From NCBI GenBank assembly GCA_951406725.2, contig OX597830.1:64852001-64916000 (forward strand): DNA of 64,000 bases, in the 5' to 3' direction. The notes beneath the pieces are model-generated. The model was not told the origin of the DNA and did no database searches. It saw only the letters and a program-made list of their open reading frames with translations. A program made the translations under genes and the position numbers. Below are positions 42,647 to 56,570 of this stretch, one piece after another (the stretch's first letter is position 1; the number at the start of each line of letters is the position of its first letter). The stretch comes from Octopus vulgaris (Eukaryota).

Positions 42647-43532
42647 GTAAATCTATTATGTATTAAATAAGCTTCAGTTTGTAAACGAAAACGTATGCGT
42701 GTGTGTGTGTGTGTGCGCGCACACACGCACACATATGTATATTTACAGATAAAAGATTAATCAATACATAATACATTTTTTTATTTTTAGTACGAACGAC
42801 AGGAAATAGTGCGGTGATTATATTCATTGTTATTAATATTAGCAATATCTCTTATTATTTAATGTTTATCTATTAAATTAATATTACATTTTATAGCTTA
42901 ATCTCGGAATATAATAGCGAGACGTTGCTTCATTGCTGGTACATACCACCCGGGACTTTAACACCCGACACTGTGGATCATAGCACAGTAACTGTCTTAC
43001 TGAGCTATGGAACCAACCGATCTATAGCAATAATATCCATCCATACTTAATTTGGAGTATTTCTGAGTCAATCGTTTGATTAATGCTATAAATAACACGT
43101 ATGCTGCATCAAGAGTAGCGTACATCTTCGATTTAGTACCACAGTTTATGAAACAGTCGTCTTAAGAATTATATAAATGTTATGTATAAAATACATTACG
43201 CCTTCGATTTCCTTTCATGGCTAAATTGTTACATGCGTGGGCTGTGAAGGAACAATGTTACAGATGTCTAGATTATCATCGTCGTCGTCGTTATCATCAT
43301 CGCATCTTACGTCTCATAGGGCCTGTTAGTGAGTCACTATAGAGTATAAGCGACCGCGATTACCACATCTTCCTCTGAACATGAGACCAGTCCATCGCTG
43401 GTTGAAATGAAGTGTGTTTGTTCAAGACCAAAACGGTTCACCCGATCCGGGAATCGAAACCCCGATGTTGCAATCTTGAGTGCAAGAACCTAATCACTAG
43501 ACTACCTTGCTTCAATATCTTATCTATAAAAA

Positions 43533-43965
43533 GGCGGTGAGCTGGCAGAAACGTTAACATGCTGGGCGAAATGCTTAGGGGTATTTCGTCTACCATTACG
43601 TTCAGAAATCAAATTTCACCGAGGTTGAATTTGCCTTTCTTCCGTTCGGGGTCGATAAATCAAGTACCAGTTTCGCACTGGGGTCGATGTAATCGACTTA
43701 ATCCCTTTGTCTGTCCTTGTTTGTCCCCTCTATGTTTAGCCCCTTGTGGGCAATAAAGAAATAAGAAACGTTAGCATGCCGGACGAAATCCTTAGTTGTA
43801 TTTAGTCTACCATTACCTTCTGAGATCAAATTCCGCTGAGGTCGAATTTGCCTTTCTTCCTTTTAGGGTCGATAAATTAAGTACCAGTTGCGTATTTGGG
43901 TTGATCTAATCCAATGTGCCCCTCCACTCAAAATTTCGGGCCTTGTGCCTAGAGTAAAAAAGAAT
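43533..43965 (+). mobile_element. SINE family A, dimeric
   Basis: Two core repeats; flanked by aatatcttat-like direct repeats. Confidence 0.88.
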
Positions 43966-44830
43966 ATCTTATAAATAAAAATATTTTGAATGAATGAAAT
44001 GTAAATAGAATGAGTTAGGAGGAAAGATTTATTATATTTATATTACCAGGATCCAGATTCCTGTTTTCCTATTTTTACGACGCATCGCTTCGTCCAAGAT
44101 CGTAGAATAATCACATCCATCCTGTTCTGTGCACAACTTCTCGGCTTTTGTTAACTTAGCGTATCATTATGTCTTCATGGCTGCAGTCTTAAAGACAAAC
44201 AAATAACATATTCTGAGCGTAGTATTGTCCAAAATTATAGAAATAACAGGAAATATAAGAAAGCCTTAGCTGCAATAGTAAACAATAAAAGTGTTAACAT
44301 TTGACGGACCGTTTCCTAAATTCTTATCCAAACATTGCAAGAGAATCAGACGATTGCCTACTCTAATGGATAGTACTGAATATTTACGAATTGTACAGAG
44401 CAGGTAAGACCTTACCTTCCTCAGCATTTTTGTATTTTAAATGCCTCTTTATTTAATCGCTTATTTTATACACAACTACATGAATCAGAAGCAATGGAAC
44501 AATTTTAAATATATACCCACATATCCACAAGCGTGTATATATACACATATATATATATACATATATGCATACATACACGCACACCTACATATATAGAGAC
44601 ACATACATGATAGACGGATAAAAATACAAACACATACAATACATACATGCATATGTGTGTGTGGGTATGTGTGTATATAGCGTCTAAATTTTGATGGTGT
44701 TTTGGTCGGTAACTGATGAAGGTGAAGTTGTCGACGTACTTCGTGTCTTTTCCATATGTTTCTTTTTCGTATCCCTGTGCCACAGTTTACTATTATATAT
44801 ATATACACACACACATATATATATATATAT

Positions 44831-45622
44831 GAGAAATTCTCATGGCGTCCAACAACATCAGAGACTTGGGAGTAACAGTGGACAACAACATAAGCTGGGC
44901 TACACATATAAGCAGCAAAGTTGACATGGCCCGCAGAATGTGTTCCTGGATTCTCAGAACCTTCCAGTCGAGAGATTCCCACACCATTATCCTTCTCTTC
45001 TCCACTTTTGCCCGACCCCACCTTGAATACTGCTGTCCACTGTGGTCTCCCTACACAAAACAAACTATTATGAGAATTGAAGCTCCCCAAAGGTCAATCA
45101 CAAAAAAGATAGATGGCATGTCAGACCTTGACCACTGGGGCAGACTAGAGAAGCTGAAACTGTATTCACTCCAACGACGCCGTGAACGCTACATTATCTG
45201 TATGATGTGGAAAATATTCCATCAGCACTGTCCGAATGATGTTGGCATCATCTTCAAAATACATCCAAGGCTTGGACCACGTGCCATCCGTCCACACCAA
45301 AAATCTAAATCGCATCACATAACGACAATACGGCACAACTATTTCACCTCAATTGGACCCACTCTCTTCAACATTACACCAGGAAACATCAAAAAAGAAA
45401 CTGACCACACAAAATTCAAGAAGTCTTTGGACAAATTCCTTCTAACAGTCCCGGACAAACCACCGACACCCGGATATGTCTCCGCAAACGATAACTCTCT
45501 GCTCGAATGGGCCTTGGTGCCCAAATCCTGAATTGAAAGACTTCGCCAGGTGGTGCTATTAAGTTAGACATGGCCTGGGCCAATACTGGCCAAAACCTTT
45601 CTAAGTTATTCTAAGTTATTCT
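44831..45622 (+). mobile_element. CR1/L2-group LINE 3' fragment, close relative of 29584-30362
   Basis: Open frame MASNNIRDLGV...RPHLEYCCPLWSP...LYSLQRRRERY...NSLLEW; tail (ctaagttatt)x2; inside (TA)n. Confidence 0.93.
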
Positions 45623-45738
45623 ATATATATGTATTGTAAGAATGATAAATAAAAGCATAGAAATTTAAAAAAATACACACAAGGAACGAGTTTAAATAAA
45701 TGTTTATTAGTTTAACGATTAAAACGAGGATGGAATAG

Positions 45739-45773
45739 AGTTAACGCTTCGAATGTTGGTCCTTCATCAAACG
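45739..45773 (-). ncRNA. Degenerate minimal hammerhead motif
   Basis: gt-TTGATGA-a-gga(ccaaca)ttc-GAAG-CG-TTA-ac. Confidence 0.4.
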
Positions 45774-46259
45774 AAAACTACGAGAGGCGCAAAAAAAGAG
45801 GAAAAGTATTTGAGAAGGATAAAATCGGGTAGGGTCTTAAGATGTAGATTGCAAATATTGGTGTCTATTTGTGCATAAAGAAGACTAGTAGATTTATGAA
45901 GGTCATGTATTCAAACAATAGATTTCTCACCCAAGGGAGTATGAGTTTCCTTATTCATCAGCCATATGTCAACGTTTTGACAAATAGGATATGTTCAGGT
46001 AATAAAACTGTGTAATATAAGACCAAAAATTCACATAAAATATCTCTATAAAGAAGACTAGATATTTTAAGACACCAGCCTTAGTAAGGCAACGCTAGCA
46101 ATAACACAATGATCAAACGGCGAAGACTGGCGTAAATCGATAAGTTAAAGACCTTATATTAACAAATATTGAGATTTAGTAAACGTAAGTTGTGTTTAAA
46201 CATTTCATTAACTATCTCTGTGTTATTAGATTACAGAATAACAATAAGAGCAGAAACAT

Positions 46260-46401
46260 TAACAATAACAGCAACGACAACAACAACAACAACAACAACA
46301 ACAATAATAATAATAGTAATAGTAATAATAATAATAATAGTAATAATAATGATAATAATAACAACAACAACAATAATAACAACAACAATGACAATAATAA
46401 C

Positions 46402-46444
<43 letters not shown>

Positions 46445-46545
46445 GCAATAATAATAATAATATTAATAATAATAATATTAACAATAATAATAATAATAAT
46501 AATAATAGCAATAATAATAATAATATTAATAATAATAATATTAAC

Positions 46546-46591
<46 letters not shown>

Positions 46592-46593
46592 GC

Positions 46594-46645
<52 letters not shown>

Positions 46646-46647
46646 GC

Positions 46648-46690
<43 letters not shown>

Positions 46691-46692
46691 GC
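46260..46692. repeat. (AAT)n/(AAC)n tract
   Basis: Directly visible. Confidence 0.95.
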
Positions 46693-46989
46693 AGAAACAC
46701 AAACTGCTACGAAATTAACTTAATATGGCGACTGTCAGTAGCTTGTTTTATGTGAACGTTACCTTCATCCGTGGGTGTTAAGGTGAGAAAAATAACGTAA
46801 CAATACTTTGGAAGTCAGGATTTTCGCAATAGCGTTGGGCCGCATACATATAGAGACATAGCGATGTATGAATACATACACAAATACATACACACACACA
46901 CATGCATGCACACAACAGCACACAACTATGCTTTCATCAATTCATGTATATATATATATGGGTGTGTGTGTGTGTGTGTGCGCACACAG

Positions 46990-47028
<39 letters not shown>

Positions 47029-47093
47029 CATGAGATAAAGATAGATTTTATTAGAAATTATTCAATTACTTACTGAAACACATACATATTTAA

Positions 47094-47135
<42 letters not shown>

Positions 47136-47279
47136 ACACACTAGGAGTATCATAAGACAGATACATACATACATACATACATACATTCACACATGCATAC
47201 ATAGTTACACACAATAACATATGCATGCCTTTATAGTTGTATAAATATAACTATATATATACATATATAACAAAGTATG

Positions 47280-47323
<44 letters not shown>

Positions 47324-47335
47324 TATATATAAAGG

Positions 47336-47670
47336 GTAAGGTAAAGACCCCTTCGGTCAGGCACTGACCATGGGTTTGCACCTAGAGAGATACCCTCTGA
47401 GGCACAAGTCTGGGCAAGGTTGTTTTATGGAAGACCAGTAGTCGCCCATGCATACCGGCCTCCCCTCTCCACACCACCAGTGTTATCCAAGGGAAAGACA
47501 AAGGTCGATACAGCTTGGCACCTGTGACGTCGCAACTCATTTCTACAGCTGAGTGAACTGGAGCAACGTGAAATAAAGTGCCTTGCTCAAGAACACAACA
47601 CGCAGCCCCGTCCGGGATTCGAGCTCACAACCTCACGATCGTAAGCTCGACGCTCTAACCACTGAGCCAT
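47336..47670 (-). mobile_element. CORE-type SINE family C, full length
   Basis: Minus: tggctcagtggttagagcgtcgagcttacgatcgtgaggttgtgagctcgaatccc (tRNA A/B boxes), CORE-like segment, LINE-like tail ending tttaccttaccc. Confidence 0.9.
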
Positions 47671-47784
47671 ATATGCATACATAACCATTTGTATAGAAAT
47701 GCGTAAATATATATATATGCACATATATACCCATGCGTATACAAATGTATATATATATGTATGTATATTTATATATATGCAAAC

Positions 47785-47819
<35 letters not shown>

Positions 47820-48268
47820 CATATACGCATGTATGTCTCTGTGTGTGAGTGTGTGTGATTGTGTGCGTGTGTGCGTGTGTGTGTGATTGTGTGTGTGCGC
47901 GCGCATGGGTGCGAGAGTGTGTCAGTGCGCGCTCGCACGTGAAAGAGATAAGCGTTTCCCCGCTAGGGTATGTGTATACACTATTCAGTCTCAAAGTCAA
48001 TAAGCTGAGACGGATGGTAGAATTTATGGTATTACGCAAAACAGCTGGTCTCACCTCGGCGAAACGATCACTTTATGAATGTATCCATGTATGTATGCAT
48101 GTAGGTATGCATGTATGCATGCATGCATGTGTGCTTGTATGTATGTATTTCCTTATGTATGGATTTATGGTTTGGTGTGCATAGATATGAACGCACTCGT
48201 GCCTTCATATATGCATGCCACATACTGAGATGCTTCATATATATACTTATATTCATACATATATGGTT

Positions 48269-48307
<39 letters not shown>

Positions 48308-48355
48308 TATATATGTACATATGTATACTTTGTTTGTATATATATATATATAAGC

Positions 48356-48390
<35 letters not shown>

Positions 48391-48394
48391 TGTT

Positions 48395-48435
<41 letters not shown>

Positions 48436-48439
<4 letters not shown>

Positions 48440-48840
48440 GCAAGAGTGGCTGTGTGGTAAGTAGCTTGGTTCCGGGTTCATTCCCACTGCGTGGCACCTT
48501 GGGCAAGTGTCTTCTGCTATAGCCTCGGCCGACCAAAGCCTTGTGAGTGGATTTGATAGACGGAAACTGAAAGAAGCCTGTTGTATATATGTATATATAT
48601 ATGTATGTATGTGTGTGTATATGCCTGTGTGTTTGTATCTGTCCATCTAGCATTGCTTGACAGCAGATGCTGGTGTGTTTACGTTCCCGTCACTTAGCGG
48701 TTCGGCAAAAAAGACCGATAGAATAAGTACTGGGCTTACAAAGAATAAGTCCCGGGGTCGATTTGCTCGATCAAAGGTGGTGCTCCAGCATGGCCGCAGT
48801 CAAATGACTGAAACAAGTAAAAGAGAGAGAGGGTAAAGAG
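48436..48840 (+). mobile_element. SINE family B, near full length
   Basis: tRNA-like head, internal microsatellite, conserved tail. Confidence 0.92.
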
Positions 48841-48869
48841 TATATATACATAACTTTTCCTCTCACACC

Positions 48870-48924
48870 GTCTCCGATGAAGGGATATTATTATTAATTA
48901 ATATCCCAGAAACAACTGTAAGAC
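48870..48924 (+). ncRNA. Minimal type-I hammerhead motif
   Basis: gtct-CCGATGA-a-gggatatta(ttattaat)taatatccc-a-GAAA-CAACTG-TA^-agac. Confidence 0.7.
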
Positions 48925-49233
48925 CTTCTATCTATAAATGCTCTAATATCTATACAGCCTTGGTTTTTTTTTATCTCATTACACAAAAAATTCATATATA
49001 TATAAATGCACATATAAATACATATGCACACACGCATATATTTATATATACACGCGTTTGTGTGTATGTGTGTGTGCTTGTGTCTATATATAAATATATG
49101 CGTGTGTGCATATGTATGTATATGTGTATTTATATATATATGAATTTTTTTGTGTAATGAGATAAAAAAAAAAAAAACATATATATATATATATATATAT
49201 ATACATTTATATTTAGATTTATATGTATATAAT

Positions 49234-49313
<80 letters not shown>

Positions 49314-50092
49314 TACGTCACTAATGTGACTAGGAGCTATAATCAGCACCAGTATTACTAGAAATTAGAGTCAAAACAACTCAATATCCACAAAAACCAG
49401 TGTCTTAACGACTAACAAGGGAGGCAAGGGCACTACAGCTGCGATCATATCCAGATCATCGATGATTTCGCAATACATACACACGCACACACTGATTTAT
49501 TCGTATATTTTTATATGTGTGTATAAATGTGCGTGCAAGAGTGCATTTGCATCTGGGTTGATCATAGATATCGATATAACAGGGCATTTATTGATGTTAT
49601 CATTGGAAATATGAAGGGTTTCATTAAATGTTGTAACAAGATATTTTAAGTTCTGCCGTTGTTACACAGAAATCATTCCGGACTTTGGATATGCCTATGG
49701 TGGATATTAATTTTTTATGTTTTCACCATTCCATAGATGAATGCAGTCATGCTCTGCGTGGAGTAAATTTCTACGTTAAGTCATATATAAATTAATATCT
49801 CTGGTTACCGCTCACAAAACGAAAACACACGAATACATACATACATACATACATACATACATACATACATACATACATACATACATACATACAAACATTC
49901 GTACATACATGCATAAGTACATACATACAAGCATGCATGTAAGTATATATGTATGTCATTATTCAGTTTTATTTCAAGATTTCTTGCCAATAGAAAAAGA
50001 ATCGGTTTCTAACCTAGATCCAAGACTCCTTCACTGGAATTTCAATATCAACAACAGGCTATTTTTGTATATATGTATGTATGTATGTATGT

Positions 50093-50440
50093 ATGGATGG
50101 ATGGATGGATGGATGGATGGATGTATGGATGGATGGATGGATGGATGGATGGATGGATGGGTGGGTGGATGGATGGATGGGTGGATGGATGGATGGATGG
50201 ATGGATGGATGGATGGATGGATGGATGGATGGATGGATGGATGGATGGATGGATGGATCGATGGATGGATGGATGGATGGATGGATGTATGGATGGATGT
50301 ATGGATGGATGGATGTATGGATGGATGGATGGATGGATGGATGGATGGATGGATGGATGGATGTATGGATGGATGGATGGATGGATGGATGGATGGATGG
50401 ATGGATTTATTGATGGATGTATGGATGTATGGATGGATGT
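50093..50440. repeat. (GGAT)n tract
   Basis: Directly visible. Confidence 0.95.
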
Positions 50441-50571
50441 ACGTATGTATCTAAATAAGAACGTAATTAACAAGAAAACGTTGAAAGAGTTTCACTGCAT
50501 TTAATAATGAGCTTTATGCTTAGAAGCATAAAGCTCATGATTATATTCAACATGGATGTCTTTTATCTTTT

Positions 50572-51027
50572 ACTTATTTTAGTCATTGGAGAACGAGTTC
50601 ACCCCAGTAGTTAATCTATCGATTTCTTCTTGCGAAATCGCTAAGTTACAGTGACGTAAAAAAGCCTTTACTGGTTGTCAAGCAGTAGTTTAGGACATAT
50701 ACAAGTACAAAGACACACATAGCTATAGACATACACATATACACACACATATATATATATTTGTGTGTGTGTGTTGTGTATATATATGTATATATATTAA
50801 TATATCTTTGTATATGTATATATTTATATGCGTATATATCTGTACATATGTATGTATGCATGTATCCGCTGGGTTTCTTTCAGTTTCCATGAACCAAACC
50901 CACTCACAAGTCTTTGGGGCATCGGGTTTATAGAAGAGTACGCTTGCCAAGAGTGTCATGACGTGGGACAGAAACCGGAGACATGTGGTTATGAAGCAAA
51001 CATCTTACCACGCAGCCATACCTGTGC
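50572..51027 (-). mobile_element. SINE family B, diverged
   Basis: Homology to 41124-41545. Confidence 0.75.
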
Positions 51028-52521
51028 TTCCTATTTATGAAGATATAAATGTATAAAATAGAACCAAGGAACCAACGATATTCGTCGCATTATATTCTAA
51101 TCCGTTTTAGATAATCGTATGCTGTATAATTTGAAGATTCTGAGCCTTTAGAAAACATAAACGTGGGCTACGTCTATTAATGGAAAGAAACAGGATTTCA
51201 ACTAAATTGGATGTTATTTATTTACTGTGGCATCAAAAGCTATATACTTGCTTAATCGGGTTGTTTATGTCTTAGTCAATATTTAGGAAAGTGATTCGTG
51301 ATGTGGACAGGGAAGCAATAACCAATCTGTTGTTAATAGGTTCTGGCGAATTTTAAAGGGAATATCCAATAGAAGTTGTTTTTCGTCTTCGGAGAACACC
51401 TCCATCCAATGGACGTGTGTTCACAACACACAGGATTCACCTGCGTAAGCGGATTTTCTGACACCGCCATGCTTCAGTCTTATTATGTTTCTCAATAAAA
51501 TCTACCCTTCGAACTGATGACTCTTACAGGCATGGTTATAGAAAGTACCAAAAAAGTATTTATTGATCCATTCCAATGTCTGCTAAATTCATGAGGTGCA
51601 CGTAGAACAGAGAGTATCCAAACAATACCGTGTTTATTTATTCTTAATATGTTCAGGCAGATTTGAACGTGAATATCTGACCGTTTTTTGTCATTGAAGA
51701 ACGCTCCTCCCATTAGACGATGCGTGTTCGAAGTATATGCGATTCACCAATGTAAGGGGTCGTCTTTGAGACACCGCATTATTTAGACCTTATTGAGTGC
51801 GTCTTCGGGTAAATGATGCTGACTCAAATTGCACCTCTCGTCTATAGGACTCAGCGAACAAATTATTTGCTGATGCAAGCTGATAACTGAAAGCTGATAA
51901 CGGATAAAAAATCCTGAAGAGCATGCGGTACAGAGAAGATCCAAATTATAAGGTGTCTTATTCATTCTTAAAACGTTCCGCAAAATTCATTTCTATCTGA
52001 ACACTGCTGCTTTTCGTCATCGCAATAACCTCCTCCATTTAAACAATGTATGTTTTTAACACACGGGATTTAACGATGTCAGGGTACTTTGAGAGAATGA
52101 GGTGCTTCAGCCTCATTCTGTTTCTCATTACTGAAATCTACCACGCCGAACCGAAGCTACTAATACGAGCACGAGTATTTGTATATACGTATCAGCAAAC
52201 AAAGTATTTACTGATGCAAGCTGCTGCCTGCCAAACACAAAACCTATTTCATTGTTATAGATTTGGCAAGATGTGTAGAAGAAAGTTTACGTTAGACGCA
52301 TCAATTCATACGAATTTATTCCTTTTATATAAGTAATACAGTCGTGAATGAATTAATTGTTAAAATTCTGTGTGTAAAATCAGATGTTATTGACACCAAT
52401 CTAAGATACACAAAAGCGATATCTGCATATGTGTACGTGTGTGTATTTTTGTGTGTGTGCATGTATGTGTATGTGTGTGTGTATATATATACATATATAT
52501 ATGTATGTGTGTATGTATATA

Positions 52522-52584
<63 letters not shown>

Positions 52585-53757
52585 TATTACACAGACATGA
52601 CAGAAGAAAATAGACACCCTTATACTCATTAAAATTTATTTAAAACACAAATTATACATTCAAATTATTTATTAACTGTTATAATTTGGATATTTAATAT
52701 TTAGTAGACATGCCCTTTGCATTTTTGAAAGCAAGGACACTATCAGGCATGCTACCAATCGGATGACGAATATTCTCTTGCGGAACTTCTTGCCAAGTTT
52801 CATGCAGTAATCTCAAAAGATCTGGCTTTGAAGATGCTTTCTTGTTCTTTCTATGAAGTGTCCTGTCCATTATGTGCCGGAGGTGTTCATATCTGGTGAC
52901 TGGTTTGGCTATGGAAGCATTTTAATGCCATTCTTATCCGACAAATCTTAGGTCATTTTAGCTGAGTGACAAGGGGCTCCATCTTCCATAAATAAAAAGT
53001 CTTTAATCATTTCACCACTGGAGAAAATTGAGAAGAGTTCTTTCTACAATATGGACACATATTTATCTGAGTTTATGTTTCCTTCGCACTCCACCACTTC
53101 TGATCGACCATTGCTCCAAATTGCTTCCCAGACCATCACAGAATAGCTGCTGTGTTTTATTGTTCGCTGCAATTTTTTCACATCAAATTCTTGATCACAG
53201 AATCTCCAAACCCACACTCGACCACTGTCAGGAAATACAGGAAATCTGGACACATCAGAAAATATAACTATGTCCCAAAATGCTAGTAGCCTCTCCACCA
53301 TTTCACTGGCCCACTCTTTTCTCCGCTTGATGTTGGCTGGTCGAAGAAGCGGCTTCCATCTTGCTGCTCTGCCATAGTAACCAAGTTTGTGGAGATATCT
53401 AACAGCTGTTCTGAGACTGACATGAATTTTGTCTGCTATGTCAGAGGCCTCGCAGCGAGGATTATCCGCCACACTTCTCTTAGCAAAGAGAAGGGTCCTG
53501 TCAGAAAGCCCTGGTTGATCTGGGCGGAGGTAATGTGGATTCCGTCTCGTTTCTGGTGAATAGAACAATCACTCTATTAACTGTAGAAAGCGGGATCCCA
53601 AGGTTTTCTGCGATGTTACGCCATATCCACATTCAGAATGACCCACAGCGTGGCTTCTTTGAAATTCAGACAGTTCCAAGGCTTATATTGTAAGTGGCAC
53701 GATTAAGCAGTCGCATATAGAAACTGAAGCATAAAAATGACAATAAAAAATATAAAC

Positions 53758-54186
53758 AATAATAAATCTCAGAGCGAGTTATAAACAGTAGCTACAACAC
53801 ATCGTGACGTATATTTGCCATTTAAATATGGCTGACCCCTAAGGGTGGATGCTACTGTAACTTGTAGCCCCAGGAGGACACCTCCTCCAGCTGGCTATAG
53901 ACACGCTTTCTGTGCCCTATCAGTATTTACAAAGGGAAGCCATCCTTCCCGTCTTCAACTTATGATACACATGGACTCGAGTCGATGACGGGTCAATACC
54001 CAGAAACTCGAGTCCGTGTGTATCATACAGGTTGAAGAGGGGAAGGATGGCTTCCCTTTGCAAATACTGATAGGGCACAGAAAGTGTGTCAATAGCCAGC
54101 TGGAGGAGGTGTCCTCCTGGGGCTACAAACTACAGTAGCATCCACCCTTAGGGGTTAGCCATATTTAAATGGCAAATATACGTCAC
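53758..54186. mobile_element. Fold-back insertion of HHR-bearing short retroelement inside the Tc1, 13-bp TSD
   Basis: Arms 53804-53982 / 54006-54186; aaaaaatataaac at 53745-53757 and 54187-54199; homologous to 63408-63618. Confidence 0.85.
53982..54017 (+). ncRNA. Hammerhead motif truncated at the inversion junction
   Basis: (t)CGATGA-c-gggt(caat)accc-a-GAAA-CTCGAG-TC^-cgt. Confidence 0.7.
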
Positions 54187-54911
54187 AAAAAATATAAACT
54201 TTTACAAGTTATAATAAGCACAGAACGATATTTTATGTTCTGTCTATTTACTTCTGTCATGTGTGTATGTATGTATATATGTATGTACACACACATACAC
54301 ACACACATACGCGCGCTCGCCAGCAAGCACATAGATGAAAAAGAAGTTGGAGAAAATAGTAGTCGAATACCGAAGATAGAGTAATATGCAATAGAGTAAT
54401 AAGATGTTTATTTTATATACACGTGGAACATGTGTATAAAACATGTACGCTCCCTGTTGATGTGTATATAGGCAACGCAGGCAAAATATTCTTGAACCGG
54501 AAGAAAAATATATGAAATTTTAATTGAGAAACGTTATATAAACTCGTGAGACGCAAATGTTAAACATGCTGTATAAATATACTTTGAAATCCTTTGCTTT
54601 AAAGACAGAAAGCCCAAAATTTTCGACGACATCGACCCCCCGTGTTCTACTACTGGTTTTAATTGTATTTCTCATTGTTCGTAGGAAATCAAAACTACGA
54701 TGCATCACCAACTGCGAGCATGAAATATTTTTAGATTTATAATTTGATAATATTTCTCAAAATAAAACAAAACGAATGTATGGAAAGAACAGGATGTATT
54801 GAACGATTAGAGTGATAAAAGTTAATAATGAACTTATAGAGTAACTGAAATGAAAACAGCAAAAGGACTCCTACAGTTGATTAAACATTTTACACACACA
54901 AGGATCGAATA

Positions 54912-55310
54912 TTCTTTTCTACTAGGCACGCAATTTTGGGAGGAGGGTGCCAGTCGATTAGATCGACTCAAGTATGCAATTGGTAATTAATTTATCGACC
55001 CCGAAAGGATGAGAGGCAAAGTCAACCTCAGCAGAATTTGAACTTAGAATATAAAGACAAACGAAATACCTATTTCTATTTCTCTACTACCCACAAAGGG
55101 CTAAACACAGAGGGGACAAACAAGGACAGACAAACGGATTAAGTCGATAATATCGACCCCAGTGCGTAATTGGTACTTATTTAATCGACCCCGAAAGGAT
55201 GAAAGGCAAAGTCGACCTCGGCGGAATTTGAACTCAGAACGTAAAGACAGACGAAATATCGCTAAGCATTTCACCCGGCGTGCTAACGTCTCTGCCAGCT
55301 CGCCGCCTTA
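54912..55310 (-). mobile_element. SINE family A, dimeric
   Basis: Reverse complement of the 7281-7890 units. Confidence 0.9.
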
Positions 55311-55935
55311 CAAAGATTAAATCTTATATTGGTTTCAATTTTCTTACACAAGACCAGAAAGTTCAGGTGAGAGAGATTAAATATCGGATATATTACTATA
55401 CAGCACCCCAACAAAAGCAATGGCTTCTAATTTAGGCACAAGAAAAACAGTGTTTCATTAGTATTATTTTTTTATTTACCGTGAATGAATGAAAAGCAAA
55501 GTTGACTCCGGTGGGGTTTGAACTCGTAATGTAAGGAGTCGCAAAGGAATACTTTACCGAAGCCCTAATTATTCTGCCACTACACCCGTAGCCTAAAGAA
55601 TCATTGTTAAGATAGGTCCACCACCCATCAATTATTGCCCGTCTTTTCGTTGTCACATCAATAAACATTGAACTTTCTTTTACTCACTTCAGCTTCCGAT
55701 CTTTCTGAAGAGGATGTAAATGGTCGTTTCTGACAGTTGTGACTTGATGTACGGCATGGTGGGTGGGTGGGAAGATCGGAAAGGAAAGGACTGTATTTTG
55801 GGGGCGGTGGAAGGTGGGACTAGATGAAGTATGACTGACGGGGAACATCCGAAGTGGTGCCTCGCACTCTCATTCCGTCTGTTTTTCTCTGTACAGAACA
55901 CATACACACAAACACACACACAACATATATATACA

Positions 55936-55936
<1 letters not shown>

Positions 55937-56004
<68 letters not shown>

Positions 56005-56031
56005 GTCTGTCTGTGTCTGTCTGTCTGTCCG

Positions 56032-56086
<55 letters not shown>

Positions 56087-56113
56087 GTCTGTCTGTGTCT
56101 GTCTGTCTGTCCG

Positions 56114-56184
<71 letters not shown>

Positions 56185-56211
56185 GTCTGTCTGTGTCTGT
56201 CTGTCTGTCCG

Positions 56212-56309
<98 letters not shown>

Positions 56310-56350
56310 CGTCTGTCTGTCTGTCTATCTGTCTGTCTGTCTACCTGTCT
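55937..56350. repeat. (ATCT)n/(GTCT)n tract with higher-order ~64-76 bp periodicity
   Basis: gtctgtctgtgtctgtctgtctgtccgtct recurs three times. Confidence 0.9.
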
Positions 56351-56514
56351 GTCTGTCTATTTGTCTGCATGTATGTATGTATGTATGTAGTTATATTCAT
56401 ATTATATACTTAAATGCATTTTTACACACATATATATAAATACATTTTATATGCACACACACACACAGGCGCATACACGCACACAGAGCCAGACAGACAG
56501 ACATACATAGACAC

Positions 56515-56570
<56 letters not shown>

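Larger units (their letters stand above)
52590..54265 (-). mobile_element. Tc1-like DNA transposon, defective, with TIRs and TA TSD
   Basis: TIRs catgacagaagaaaatagaca / tgtctatttacttctgtcatg. Transposase motifs [40 protein letters not shown], with frameshifts. Confidence 0.9.

Noticed and set aside
44708-44742. CTGATGA followed by a weak stem and gacgtac
   Set aside because: GAAA is missing and stem II is mostly G-U; at best a decayed HHR.
47600-47670. tRNA-like sequence with A and B boxes
   Set aside because: It is a SINE head continuous with the CORE domain, not a stand-alone tRNA gene.
49431-49464. Minus-strand cat-CGATGA...g-CAGCTG-TA-gtg
   Set aside because: Lacks GAAA; too degenerate to call, though it resembles the 48870 motif.
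49997-50040. Minus-strand ...tgaag..aggttaGAAACCGATT motif
   Set aside because: Core and stem I are not recoverable from this copy.
51240-52040. Complex, coding-like sequence
   Set aside because: Stops occur in the frames I translated and I recognise no motif; possibly an old transposon, needs BLASTX.
55831-55870. CTGACGG-gga(aca)tcc-GAAG hammerhead-like string
   Set aside because: Two core substitutions and no convincing stems I or III.
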